NCBI GenBank assembly: GCA_048499805.1 | Contig: JASNZF010000004.1 | Location: forward strand, 224,067 to 288,066 | Origin: Gemmatimonadales bacterium | Lineage (GTDB): Bacteria; Gemmatimonadota; Gemmatimonadetes; Gemmatimonadales; GWC2-71-9 | Length of the DNA: 64,000 nt | Direction of reading: 5' to 3' | Shown here: one piece after another, positions 26,160 through 35,538 of the stretch | How the letters are laid out: each line of letters opens with the position of its first letter | Position numbering within the stretch: the stretch's first letter is position 1 | Made by a program: the position numbers and the translations under genes | The notes under the pieces: model-generated | The model's database searches: none | Seen by the model: the letters and a program-made list of their open reading frames with translations, nothing else | What the model was told of the DNA's origin: nothing

Positions 26160-27338
26160 TCAGTGGGTCAGTGGGTCAGTGGGCTTGGGAGACTGGTGGG
26201 CGAACTCTACGGCGGTGGCCACGAGCACGTTCACGCAGGGTTCCAGGGAGTCGATCTCCACGTACTCATCGGCTTCGTGCAGCCCCTTGCCGGAAGGGCC
26301 ATGCGCGATGGTGGGGATGCCCCCCTCCGCCACGTAGATGTTGTTGTCCGCGATTCCCATCAGGCCGGCCAGGACGGGAGGCCGCCCGTGGACGCGGGCG
26401 TAGGCGGCCTGGAAGGCCGCCACGGCCGGGTCGGTTCGCTGCATCACGAAGGGGAGATAGGCTGGCGGCGGGGTCTCGATGGTGACGGTGGACTCCAGGC
26501 CCAGTGATTCGACCAGCTCTTCCAGCTGGGCCACCGCCAGGTCCCGGGTTTCACCGGGCACGAGCATCCGGGTCACGATCACCTCGCACCGTTCGGGCAC
26601 CACCACGGCGTACTCCCGGTAGCCCCCGTCGATCTTGAGGGTGCTGCAACCCGCGCGACCAAGGAGGGGGTGGCTGGCGAGCGGCAGTCGGGGCAGGGCC
26701 GCCACGATCCTGGCGGCGTCGTCCACCGCATTGATCCCCTTCTCCGGGTGGAGCAAGGCGTGGGTGCTGCGGCCCTGCACGAGGATGCGGTACAGGATCT
26801 TGCCGGGCTGGGCCAGCGGCACGGGGTCTTCAGCGCTCCGGCCCGAGAACGGTTCCGGCAGCAGCATCAGGGTGCTGGCGCCGAGCTCGGTGCCCAGCAG
26901 GGCCCGGGCGCCGGTGCCGAGGCCCTCCTCGTCCACGGTGGCGGCAAAGCCGATCCGCCCGAGCCGGGGGTGGAGCGTAGTGTCAGCCAGGAGCCGGCCA
27001 AAGGCCGCCAGGGCGCAGGCCACGCCGGACTTCATGTCGAGGGCACCGAGGCCGTACAGGCGCCCGTCTCGCCGGGTGGGGGTCCACGGATCCGAGGTCC
27101 AGCCGGTGGCGGCCGCGACGGTGTCGAGGTGTCCGGTGAAGGTGAGGAAGCTGTTGGCGGGTCCGACCCGGACGGCGCAGTGGACGTTGGGCCGGCCGGG
27201 TGCCACCACCTGCCAGACGGGTTCGATGCCCAGGGTGCGGATCTGGTCACCGATGACGTCTGCCAATTCCCCCTCGTGGGGGGCCACGGAGTTGATCCGG
27301 ACCATGGCCTCGGTCAGGTCGAGCGGGGACGGCGTCAT
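26160..27338 (-). CDS. M20-family metallopeptidase (ArgE/DapE/ACY1-like deacylase)
   Basis: N-terminus MTPSPLDLTEAMVRINSVAPHEGELADVI. Metal-binding region GHLDTV...WTSDPW..DGRLYGLGALDMKSG. Starting at the internal Met 27338 rather than 27407 is an inference. Confidence 0.7.
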   Translation of the reverse strand: MTPSPLDLTEAMVRINSVAPHEGELADVIGDQIRTLGIEPVWQVVAPGRPNVHCAVRVGPANSFLTFTGHLDTVAAATGWTSDPWTPTRRDGRLYGLGALDMKSGVACALAAFGRLLADTTLHPRLGRIGFAATVDEEGLGTGARALLGTELGASTLMLLPEPFSGRSAEDPVPLAQPGKILYRILVQGRSTHALLHPEKGINAVDDAARIVAALPRLPLASHPLLGRAGCSTLKIDGGYREYAVVVPERCEVIVTRMLVPGETRDLAVAQLEELVESLGLESTVTIETPPPAYLPFVMQRTDPAVAAFQAAYARVHGRPPVLAGLMGIADNNIYVAEGGIPTIAHGPSGKGLHEADEYVEIDSLEPCVNVLVATAVEFAHQSPKPTDPLTH

Positions 27339-27363
27339 GACACCCTCGATGCGGTTGGCCGGA

Positions 27364-28725
27364 TCACCTGGCAAAGAGGCGGACGGCCACTGGGGTGGGC
27401 GGGGCAAGAGACGCCGCGATCGTGAGGCGGATGCGCCGGCACGGACGCGGGCTGAATGTCGTCACCCGCTTGTACCCGATCGTCGTGCCCGAAGCGAGCG
27501 CCTCCCATCCATAGGTGCTCTCTCCTTCCAGGTGCCAGCGGGACACGACCTGGCCGGATCGCACATCTTCCATCAGAATCGCTGTCCCCACCTGCTCCGG
27601 TCTCGCCAGCGCAATGGTCCCGCTCGGCTGGCCTTCCGCGACCCAGGTCACGGTAGCGCCGTCCGCCAGGTCCTGCGCAAAGCGTTCGGTCAGCGCCTGA
27701 CGCATGCCTGCCAGGCGGGCCACGTCGGTTTCGTGGAGCAACCCTGCCGTGGTCGGGGGAACATTGAGCAGCAGCTTGGAGTTGCGGCCCACCGAGGTGT
27801 CGTAGAGCCGGACCAGGTCGTCCACGCTCCGGACGCGTGCGTCCTGCTCGGGGTGCCAGAACCACCCGGGCCGGATCGAAGTGTCCGTCTCGCCGGGGCG
27901 CCAGACGGTGCCGAACGGATCTCCCTCTTGCAGCATGCGCTCGACTTGCGGTCCCGTGGCCCCGGGGAAGGGGACCACGGCGGGATCCACGGTGCTCCAG
28001 TTGGTCTCACCAGCCACCCCACGCTCGTTGCCGATCCAGCGAAGGTCGGGGCCGGCGTCGGAGAAGATCACCGAGTCGGGCTGGAGCTGCTTCACGAGCC
28101 CCCAGTATCGGGGCCAGTCGTACACCTGGCGGCGGCCCGAGGGACCCTCGCCGTTGGCGCCATCGAACCAGACCTCGTGCACCGGCCCGTAACGGGTCAG
28201 CAGCTCGGTGAGTTGATCGCAGTAGAAGTCGGAGTACTGGTCGGAGCCGTAGACCGGGGCATTGCGATCCCAGGGCGAGAGGTAGAGCCCAAGCCGGAGG
28301 CCGTCGGCTCGGCAGGCGTCGGCCAGCTCCCGCACCACGTCGCCGTTGCCGCCGCGGAAGGGCGAGGAGGCCACGGAGTGCCGGGTGGTGGCGGTGGGCC
28401 AGAGGCAGAACCCATCGTGATGCTTGGCGGTCAGCACCACCGCCCGGAAGCCGGCGGCACGGGCGGCGCGGGTCCACTGGCGGGCGTCGAAGGCGGTGGG
28501 ATTGAAGATGGCGGGCGATTCATTGCCATCACCCCATTCCCGGTTGGTGAAGGTGTTGACCCCGAAGTGGGCAAAGAGCGCCAGTTCGTCCTGCTGCCAG
28601 AGCAACTGGGCTGCGGAGGGCACCGGCCGTCGGGAGAGCGGCAGACGACCCAGGCGGGGTCCGAGCGCGGCAAGTGCCCCAACGGCCAGGAACTCGCGTC
28701 GGCTGAAGTGGTGCCGTCGGGACAT
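27364..28725 (-). CDS. Glycoside hydrolase family 29 alpha-L-fucosidase with Tat signal
   Basis: Internal Met start MSRRHHFSRREFLAVGALAALG (twin-Arg). GH29 core ...FGVNTFTNREWGDG..WTRAARAAGFRAVVLTAKHHDGFCLWPT..YLSPWDRN..EVWFDGANGEG. Confidence 0.8.
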   Translation of the reverse strand: MSRRHHFSRREFLAVGALAALGPRLGRLPLSRRPVPSAAQLLWQQDELALFAHFGVNTFTNREWGDGNESPAIFNPTAFDARQWTRAARAAGFRAVVLTAKHHDGFCLWPTATTRHSVASSPFRGGNGDVVRELADACRADGLRLGLYLSPWDRNAPVYGSDQYSDFYCDQLTELLTRYGPVHEVWFDGANGEGPSGRRQVYDWPRYWGLVKQLQPDSVIFSDAGPDLRWIGNERGVAGETNWSTVDPAVVPFPGATGPQVERMLQEGDPFGTVWRPGETDTSIRPGWFWHPEQDARVRSVDDLVRLYDTSVGRNSKLLLNVPPTTAGLLHETDVARLAGMRQALTERFAQDLADGATVTWVAEGQPSGTIALARPEQVGTAILMEDVRSGQVVSRWHLEGESTYGWEALASGTTIGYKRVTTFSPRPCRRIRLTIAASLAPPTPVAVRLFAR

Positions 28726-28850
28726 TGGGCCCTCCTGGCGAGTGGCGTGCGATCGAGAGGGAAGGATGCGCCCGGGGACGGGAGCCCGCAACCATCCGGC
28801 AGGGATGGCGAGCATGCCGGTCGGGCACTAATCTGGAGTGGTCCCCCGCA

Positions 28851-29291
28851 ATGACCGTCCCGCCCGATGGAGCGCCCATGCCGCCACAGCAAGCCGAGCC
28901 AAGCCAGAAGAACGCGGTCATCGCCCACACGATGCTGCTCGGCGGAAGCACGGTGGTCGCCCTGGTGCTCTTCCTGGCGGGTCCCATGATCGAGGACCTT
29001 GAGGTGGTCGGCCATGCGCTGGTGGGAGTGTCCGTCATCGTCCACCTTGTGGCCTGGATGCTTCTCCGCCCGAGGGTGGCCCCACGCCCGGCCACCATGT
29101 CCGAGGCCGACTATTGGTCGGACAGGGAACGGTTCGGGCGGGCAACGATGCTGTGGGCGGTCGCGGAAGGGGGGACCTTCCTGGCGCTCGTCGGCTGGTT
29201 GTTCAGCGGCAACATTTCCGCGATGGTGGTGGCGGCGGTGGGCATCGGCATCCTGGTCATGTACCGCCCCGGTGTCCTGACGGGCCGGTAG
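28851..29291 (+). CDS. Small membrane protein of unknown function (146 aa, 3-4 TM)
   Basis: ATG at 28851 inside ORF 28725..29291. The hydrophobic segments are VIAHTMLLGGSTVVALVLFLAGPMI, GHALVGVSVIVHLVAWMLL, MLWAVAEGGTFLALVGWLF and SAMVVAAVGIGILVM. Confidence 0.4.
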   Translation: MTVPPDGAPMPPQQAEPSQKNAVIAHTMLLGGSTVVALVLFLAGPMIEDLEVVGHALVGVSVIVHLVAWMLLRPRVAPRPATMSEADYWSDRERFGRATMLWAVAEGGTFLALVGWLFSGNISAMVVAAVGIGILVMYRPGVLTGR

Positions 29292-29327
29292 GTCGGGCCC
29301 GTTGTTGGGGCCAGAAAGGAGCACGGT

Positions 29328-29762
29328 GTGCCAGACATTCTGATGGACTTCCCCGTGTCGGCTCCGCCTGCCACGGTCTTTGCAGCCATCACGACTCCGG
29401 CCGGGCTCGACCAGTGGTGGACCCTGACCTCAGCGGGAACCGCTGAGCCGGGCGCGGTCATGACCCTCGGGTTCGGCCCCGAGTACCAGTGGACGGCGCG
29501 GGTGACGCGGTGCGTGGCCGACCGGGAGTTCGAGCTGGAGTTGGTGGACGCGATGCCCGACTGGGCTGGCACGAGAGTGGGATTCCGGCTGGCGGCCACC
29601 GCGTCCGGTGGCACCCGCGTACAATTCCACCATGCCGGCTGGGCCGAGGCCGGGGATCACTTCCGGACCTCGGCGTTCTGCTGGGCGATGTACCTGCGGA
29701 TCATGAAGCTCGGCGTTGAGCAGGGGCTCCAGGTTCCCTACGAGCACCGACTGGCGGTGTAG
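29328..29762 (+). CDS. SRPBCC-superfamily protein (AHSA1/activator-of-Hsp90-ATPase-like / polyketide-cyclase-like)
   Basis: 144 aa. FPVSAPPATVFAAITTPAGLDQWW..., the typical N-terminal pattern of bacterial AHSA1-like SRPBCC proteins. Confidence 0.65.
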   Translation: MPDILMDFPVSAPPATVFAAITTPAGLDQWWTLTSAGTAEPGAVMTLGFGPEYQWTARVTRCVADREFELELVDAMPDWAGTRVGFRLAATASGGTRVQFHHAGWAEAGDHFRTSAFCWAMYLRIMKLGVEQGLQVPYEHRLAV

Positions 29763-29783
29763 CGGGAGGGGTGCCGCGGCGCC

Positions 29784-30515
29784 CTACTCCGCCGCCTTGG
29801 CAGCCTTCGTCGCGGCGCCGATGTACTCGAACAGCTTCGGGTCGATGCCGCTCTGCTCGCGGACCGTCGGCTCCTCGCGATACATCGTCATGATCGCCCG
29901 GTTGATCGCTGGATCCCCGTTCGTCATCTCGTCGACCAGCTCCATCCAGCGGCGGGCCAACCGCTGCACGCCGGGGTCGGTTGCGGGGGTGCCCCTGGCC
30001 ATCGCCGCCTGGACCTTGGCGATCAGCCCCGGCCACTCCGCCTCGACCTCCTTGATGCGTGCCTCGCCGACCGCCTCGCGGCGCGCGTCCAGCTGCTTGA
30101 GCTGGTCGGGGGTGTAGTACTTCTCGATCATGGTCATCATCTCCATCGTCTGGGTGAACTGCTCCATCGAAATCGGTCCTGCCGCCTTCAACTGCCCGGC
30201 AAGCGCCGTCAACCGGGCATGGAGACGCTCCTGTGCCTCGATCTGGTCCTTCAGCCGGGCCAGGTGCAGCTCGAGGATGGCTCCCGGCGTGAACTCGGGC
30301 ATGGACAGGCATTCCCGGATCTGCTCCAGGGTGAATCCGAGCTGGCGCAACGAGAAGACCTGGTGGAGCCGGCGAATGTCGGCCTCACCGTAGAGCCGGT
30401 ACCCCGCGCTGGTGCGTGCCGACGGGGAGAGGAGGCCGATCTGGTCGTAGTGGTGCAGGGTGCGCACCGTGATCCCTGTTTCCTTGGCCAGTGCGCCGAT
30501 TTTCCAGGTCCGCAT
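29784..30515 (-). CDS. MerR-family transcriptional regulator with C-terminal TipAS-like effector domain
   Basis: Internal Met start MRTWKIGALAKETGITVRTLHHYDQIGLL, a MerR HTH. TipAS-like C-terminus (...YTPDQLKQLDARREAVGEARIKEVEAEWPGLIAKVQAAMARGTPATDPGVQRLARRWMELV...). Confidence 0.8.
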   Translation of the reverse strand: MRTWKIGALAKETGITVRTLHHYDQIGLLSPSARTSAGYRLYGEADIRRLHQVFSLRQLGFTLEQIRECLSMPEFTPGAILELHLARLKDQIEAQERLHARLTALAGQLKAAGPISMEQFTQTMEMMTMIEKYYTPDQLKQLDARREAVGEARIKEVEAEWPGLIAKVQAAMARGTPATDPGVQRLARRWMELVDEMTNGDPAINRAIMTMYREEPTVREQSGIDPKLFEYIGAATKAAKAAE

Positions 30516-30766
30516 GGGTGGCTCCGCCGGAGGGTGAATCCCGCCGTGAACCCATCTTACACCCTGACGTTGCGTCAGGGTCAAGGGGTGCCCTGGTGCT
30601 CTGGCGACGGTTTGCGTGGCGTTCCACCCCGAACCGTCTGAAACCGTGCTGCACACCCCTCTCGTCCGGGGGGCGCGGCACGGTGGCTGGTTGCGCCGAG
30701 CCTCGCCGGGCGGCAGATTCGCGCAGCCTGGGGCACCCAACAGCCGGGCGATCCGTGGGAGGGTCC

Positions 30767-31351
30767 ATGTACGGCGTCTACCTGTTCAGCGCGGTCCTCG
30801 GCGGGGGGATGGTGCTCTTTTCCCTGCTGACCGGTGGGGATGATGGGGCCGGTGGCGACCTCGAAGTGGATGGCGCCGAGGGCCCGGGTGGTCATGGCCA
30901 CCTGGGTGGGGACCTGCTGCTCGGCCTGTTCCGGATCCGAAACCTGACCTTCCTGCTGGCGGGATTCGGCATCACGGGCGTTCTTGGCACCTGGCTTGGC
31001 GCAGGCAAGTGGGCGACGGCGCTGCTGGCCGGGGCAGTCGGCGTCACGAGCATGCTCCTGGTGCACGGGGTCTTCACCTGGCTTCGGTGGACCGACAGCG
31101 GCACGGATGTCTTCAGCGACCAGGACCTCGAGGGAACCTTCGCCCGGGTGGTCGTGCCGATGACGACCACGACGCGGGGCCGGGTGTCCTGTGTCGCGTC
31201 TGGCCGGCAGCTCTACCTGACGGCACAGCTGGACGCGGGGGGCGGGGAACGACTCGAGGTCGGCACCCCGGTGGTGATCCTGCGGATGCGGGGTGGCGTG
31301 GCCGAGGTGGCGCCCGCCCCGAGCCTGGAGCTTTCCTCTTCCTCTGATTGA
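30767..31351 (+). CDS. NfeD-like membrane protein (flotillin-associated, OB-fold C-terminus)
   Basis: Internal Met MYGVYLFSAVLGGGMVLFSLLTGG. Two or three TM helices, then a soluble C-terminal domain. Immediately upstream of, and overlapping the frame with, a flotillin gene. Confidence 0.6.
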   Translation: MYGVYLFSAVLGGGMVLFSLLTGGDDGAGGDLEVDGAEGPGGHGHLGGDLLLGLFRIRNLTFLLAGFGITGVLGTWLGAGKWATALLAGAVGVTSMLLVHGVFTWLRWTDSGTDVFSDQDLEGTFARVVVPMTTTTRGRVSCVASGRQLYLTAQLDAGGGERLEVGTPVVILRMRGGVAEVAPAPSLELSSSSD

Positions 31352-31358
31352 GGCACAC

Positions 31359-32642
31359 ATGGATCCCATCGTGATGGCGATCGCCGCGGGCATGGCCCTC
31401 CTGGTGGTGGGCGCGCTGACGCTGGTCGTGAAGTCGCTGATCGTGATCTGCCTGCCCAACGAGATGGTCGTCGTGACCGGCCGGAAGCGGATCACCAAGG
31501 ACGGCCGCGAGGTGGGTTACCGGGTGCTGCATGGCGGCCGCACCCTCCGGATCCCGATCATCGAGCGGGTCTCACGACTGGACCTGACCACCATTCCGAT
31601 CGAGGTGTCGATCAAGAACGCCTATTCCAAGGGCGGCATCCCGCTGCTGGTGCAGGGCATCGCCAACGTGAAGGTGAGCGGCCGCGACCCGGTGGCCGAC
31701 AACGCGGTGGAGCGGTTGCTGGACAAGCCGTTTGGCGAGGTGATGCAGATCGCCAAGGACACCCTCGAGGGCAACCTGCGCGGTGTCCTGGCGACGCTCA
31801 CCCCCGAGGAGGTCAACGAGGACCGGCTCAAGTTCGCGCAGCAGCTGATCGAGGAGGCCGACGAGGACCTCAAGAAGCTCGGACTGGAGCTGGACACCCT
31901 CAAGATCCAGAACGTGACCGACGAGGTGAACTACCTCGACTCGATCGGCCGTGAGAAGACCGCCCACATCCTCAAGGTGGCGCGGGCCGCCGAGGCGCAG
32001 CGCAGTTCCGAGGCGGAGCAGATCGAGGCGGCGGCCCGCCAGGCCGCCCAGGTGGCCGCCATCCAGGCCGACCTGAAGATCGCGGAGGAGAACAACCGGC
32101 TGCGGGTGCGCCGGGCCGAGCTCGAGGCGGAGGCGCTGGCGCGGGAGGCCGAGGCCAAGGTGTCCGGCGAGAAGGCCCGGGTGGTGGCGGAACAGTCGCT
32201 GCAGCAGGAGCGGATCGGGCTGGAGCAGCGGCGGCTCGAGGCCGACGTCCTCCTGCCGGCCAATGCCGACCGCGAGGCCGCCGAGCAGCGCGCCAAGGGC
32301 TCCGCCGCCAAGATCACCGAGGACGGCCGGGCCCGGCTTTTCGTGCTGGAGGAGACGATCAAGCTCTACCTCAACGCCGGTTCGCAGGCGGAGCGGATCT
32401 TCATCCTCAACATGCTGCCCGACATCATCAAGGAGATCACCGGGGCGGTGGACGGGATGTCGATCGACAAGGTGACGGTGATCGACTCCGGCGGCGGCAA
32501 AGGCGTGGCGAATGCCGCCGGCCAGCTGCCGACCGCCATCATCCAGCTCACCGAGCAGATCGAGGCGGCGACGGGCATCAACATCCTGAGCCGGCTTGGA
32601 CGGAGCGGCGCCGAGGCGGCGCCCGCCGTGACGGAGGGGTAG
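31359..32642 (+). CDS. Flotillin-like SPFH/band-7 domain protein
   Basis: N-terminal TM helix MDPIVMAIAAGMALLVVGALTLVV. SPFH core (VVVTGRKRI...RIPIIERVSRLDLTTIPIEVSIKNAYSKGGIPLLVQGIANVKV). Long Ala/Glu/Gln-rich coiled-coil region (AEAQRSSEAEQIEAAARQAAQVAAIQADLKIAEENNRLRVRRAELEAEALAREAEAK...). Confidence 0.85.
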   Translation: MDPIVMAIAAGMALLVVGALTLVVKSLIVICLPNEMVVVTGRKRITKDGREVGYRVLHGGRTLRIPIIERVSRLDLTTIPIEVSIKNAYSKGGIPLLVQGIANVKVSGRDPVADNAVERLLDKPFGEVMQIAKDTLEGNLRGVLATLTPEEVNEDRLKFAQQLIEEADEDLKKLGLELDTLKIQNVTDEVNYLDSIGREKTAHILKVARAAEAQRSSEAEQIEAAARQAAQVAAIQADLKIAEENNRLRVRRAELEAEALAREAEAKVSGEKARVVAEQSLQQERIGLEQRRLEADVLLPANADREAAEQRAKGSAAKITEDGRARLFVLEETIKLYLNAGSQAERIFILNMLPDIIKEITGAVDGMSIDKVTVIDSGGGKGVANAAGQLPTAIIQLTEQIEAATGINILSRLGRSGAEAAPAVTEG

Positions 32643-32760
32643 CCCGGAGCCCATCCGGCCGGTTGCGCGCAGCCCCGTGGCCGTCCAGATTCGAGGAATG
32701 GGGCCCGGCCGCCGCCTGGACGGCGCGCCGGGCGTCCCCTCCCAGTCCCCCAGGAGTGCC

Positions 32761-33648
32761 ATGTCCTCCCCTGAGAGCCCCGGCGGCCCGTACCCCCCCA
32801 AGCCCCGGGATACCGACCTCGATGTCTACGGGTTGACCCATCCGGGGCTGGTCCGGAAGCACAACGAGGACCATTTCATCCTCGGCTCCCTGCACCAGCG
32901 GCTGAATGTCATCTCGACCTCCCTGACGGAACCGGAGCGCCTTCCCCTCAACGGGGATCGCCTGGCGATGCTGGCGGTGGTGGCCGATGGTGTGGGCGGG
33001 GGACGGAAGGGGGAGGAGGCGAGCCGCACCGCCCTCGAGGCGATCACCGCCTATATCGCGGACAGCACCCGCGCCTTCTACCTGGCCGATGCCCGCAGCG
33101 AGGACTTTGCCCAGATCCTGCAGGACGCCGCCATCCGGGTGCACGAACGGGTCCAGGCGCTGGCCGCCGAGAACCCGGAGCGCCGCGGGATGGCGACGAC
33201 CATGACGCTGTACCTGGGGGTGTGGCCCTGGATCTACCTGCTCCAGGTGGGCGACTCCCGCTACTACATCTTCCACGATGACACCCTGACCCAGATCTCC
33301 CGGGACCAGACGATGGCCCAGGAACTGGTGGACCAGGGGGTCATGAAGCGCACCGATGCGTTCAACTCGCGCTGGGCCAACGTCCTCTCCAGCTCCATCG
33401 GTGGCCAGCAGAACGCGCCCGTGGTGACGCGGCTGCAGCAGGAGCTGGACAACGTCCACTTGATGTGCAGCGATGGCCTGACCAAGCACGTGTCCGACGA
33501 GCGCATCGCCGAGCGACTCCGCACCATGACCTCCGCCAAGCAGGTGTGCGAGGCGCTGCTGCAGGACGCCCTGGACGGGGGCGGGAGCGACAACGTCACC
33601 ATCATCGTCGGGCGTTCGGTCCGGCGGGAAGCGGGACCCGCGGCCTAG
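32761..33648 (+). CDS. PP2C-family Ser/Thr protein phosphatase
   Basis: GLTHPGLVRKHNEDHF..., ...AVVADGVGGGRKGEEASRTA..., ...MCSDGLTKHV..., ...GGGSDNVTIIV. These are the PP2C motifs. RBS caggag lies before the ATG at 32761. Confidence 0.85.
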   Translation: MSSPESPGGPYPPKPRDTDLDVYGLTHPGLVRKHNEDHFILGSLHQRLNVISTSLTEPERLPLNGDRLAMLAVVADGVGGGRKGEEASRTALEAITAYIADSTRAFYLADARSEDFAQILQDAAIRVHERVQALAAENPERRGMATTMTLYLGVWPWIYLLQVGDSRYYIFHDDTLTQISRDQTMAQELVDQGVMKRTDAFNSRWANVLSSSIGGQQNAPVVTRLQQELDNVHLMCSDGLTKHVSDERIAERLRTMTSAKQVCEALLQDALDGGGSDNVTIIVGRSVRREAGPAA

Positions 33649-33781
33649 TCATCGGCTGGTACTTCCCCTCAGGGGGTGGCGCCTCCCGCGTTTTGGCGGT
33701 CAGGCCATCACCGACGAGAACGGCCGCCCGATCTCCGACCCGGCCGAGGCGGCCAACGGGGCCCGGAAGCCCGGCGAAGGC

Positions 33782-34717
33782 GTGGGGCGCAACCACGACT
33801 TCGTGCCGGGCAGGACCGTCTGGGCGGCCACGGAGTTCACGGCCGAGCCGGTGGGCCGGTTCCCGGCCAGGCAGCTGGAGTTCGTCAGCGGCAACATGCA
33901 GGTCGTGGAGTTCGAGGGGGCCAAGGTCCTCGAGGCCACCAGCAGCAGCGTGTTCCGTGTGAAGCTGCCGGAGGCGCTGCCACAGGCGTTCACGATCGAG
34001 TTCTACCTTCGGATTCCCGCCGGCAACATGGGCACGTACCTCTTCACCAGCCCGCGCCCGACCTCGATCGCCCGGCATCCCCACGACTACGGCTACCTCT
34101 TCCACACCCCCGGCATCTACCGCGGCGACACCGAAATCTCCGGTACCCAGTCGCGGGGCATCGTGGCCAACCTGGTGCCCGTCAAGCTGCAGGTGAACGA
34201 CACCTCGGCCATCATGGAAATCGGTTCGGAGCGGGTGTCGCAGGTGCCGACGGCCAACTTCGGGCGCACCGATGCGGTGGAATTTCACGTGGCGGCGAAT
34301 GCCCGCTTTCCCGCGTATGTCTCCGACATCGTCGTGGCGGTGGGCCTCGATGAGCTGTACGAGGTGCTGAGCACCACCGGTGAGTTCACCACCCGGGGCA
34401 TCTTCTTCGACAGCGACAGCGACACGTTGCGCCCCGAGTCCACCCCGACCCTCGAGGCGCTGCGGACGGCGCTGCACGACCATGCCGACCTCAAGGTCCT
34501 CGTGGAGGGCCACACCGATGGCCAGGGCGAGGAGGACCACAACCTGGACCTCTCCCGCCGACGGGCGGCGGCCGTGGTCGCGTACCTGACCGCCAACGGC
34601 ATCGCGGCGGACTGGCTGCGCAGCGACGGCAAGGGCGAGTCGACGCCGGTCGGGGACAACGCCACAGCGGAGGGGCGGCAGCAGAATCGGCGGGTGGTGA
34701 TCCGAAAGCTGCCGTAG
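33782..34717 (+). CDS. OmpA/MotB C-terminal-domain protein (peptidoglycan-binding), GTG start, no recognisable signal peptide
   Basis: C-terminal GIFFDSDSDTLRPESTPTLEALRTALHDHADLKVLVEGHTDGQGEEDHNLDLSRRRAAAVVAYL..., the OmpA-like domain. The N-terminal 200 aa are unassigned. The first in-frame start is GTG at 33782. Confidence 0.65.
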   Translation: MGRNHDFVPGRTVWAATEFTAEPVGRFPARQLEFVSGNMQVVEFEGAKVLEATSSSVFRVKLPEALPQAFTIEFYLRIPAGNMGTYLFTSPRPTSIARHPHDYGYLFHTPGIYRGDTEISGTQSRGIVANLVPVKLQVNDTSAIMEIGSERVSQVPTANFGRTDAVEFHVAANARFPAYVSDIVVAVGLDELYEVLSTTGEFTTRGIFFDSDSDTLRPESTPTLEALRTALHDHADLKVLVEGHTDGQGEEDHNLDLSRRRAAAVVAYLTANGIAADWLRSDGKGESTPVGDNATAEGRQQNRRVVIRKLP

Positions 34718-34796
34718 CCGGTCGATCGGGGAGGGAGGGGTGGGGGGAGGTGCCCTGACGTGACCGGTGCCACGCTCCCCCCCCCGGCCCCGGCGG

Positions 34797-35345
34797 CTAT
34801 CCGTTCGCGTGCAGCTCGAGCGTCCGGGCCAGCCAGGCCTTGGCAAACTGCCAGTCGCGCTTGACGGTAGCGGTCGAGACCTCGAGGAGTGCCGCGATCT
34901 CCGGCAGCTCCAGTCCCGCGAAGAATCGCAGCTCCACCACCCGAGCCCAGCGCGGCTCGGCCGCCTCCAACTGGACCAGGGCGTCGTCCAGCTCCAGGAG
35001 GTCGAGCTCCGGCGGTGTTCCCACCGCCATGGCCTCGTCCAGCGTGATCCGCACCCCGCCATCGCGCTTGCCGGCGCGACGGGACCGGGCATGATCCACC
35101 AGGATGTGGCGCATCGCCCGCGAGGCGGCGCTGAGGAAGTGGCTCCGATCGGCGTAGGTCGCCGCGTCGCGGGAGTAGAGGCTGAGGTAGGCCTCGTGCA
35201 CCAGGGCGGTGGGCACCAGGGTGTGGTCGTGGCGCTCCCCCCGCATGTGGTGCCGGGCGATGGTGCGCAGCTCGTCGTAGACCTGGGTGAGCAGGAGGTC
35301 GGGGGCCAGGGCGTCGTCTCCGCCCGACATGCCGGTGGTGGCCAT
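34797..35345 (-). CDS. ECF-type sigma-70 factor of the kinase-associated subgroup (TIGR02999-like)
   Basis: Region 2 (LTQVYDELRTIARHHMRGERHDHTLVPTALVHEAYLSL) and region 4 (VVELRFFAGLELPEIAALLEVSTATVKRDWQFAKAWL). It is divergently adjacent to a Ser/Thr kinase gene. The start is taken at the internal Met; 35378 or 35540 are alternatives. Confidence 0.75.
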   Translation of the reverse strand: MATTGMSGGDDALAPDLLLTQVYDELRTIARHHMRGERHDHTLVPTALVHEAYLSLYSRDAATYADRSHFLSAASRAMRHILVDHARSRRAGKRDGGVRITLDEAMAVGTPPELDLLELDDALVQLEAAEPRWARVVELRFFAGLELPEIAALLEVSTATVKRDWQFAKAWLARTLELHANG

Positions 35346-35538
35346 GCGCGCTCCAGAGGGGGAATGCGTCCCAATCATGGCGCCCCGGCCGGGTGGGGGC
35401 AAGGAGCCGCGTTGACCGGGTCCGGCCCGGACGGTACCCTTCGATGGGCGTGCGCAGCCGACCCGCCCCGGCCCGATGCTCGCGCCCCCAGTGACATCGC
35501 GGGCACTCCCCCCTTGCCGGAAACCGGTTTGATCCGCC

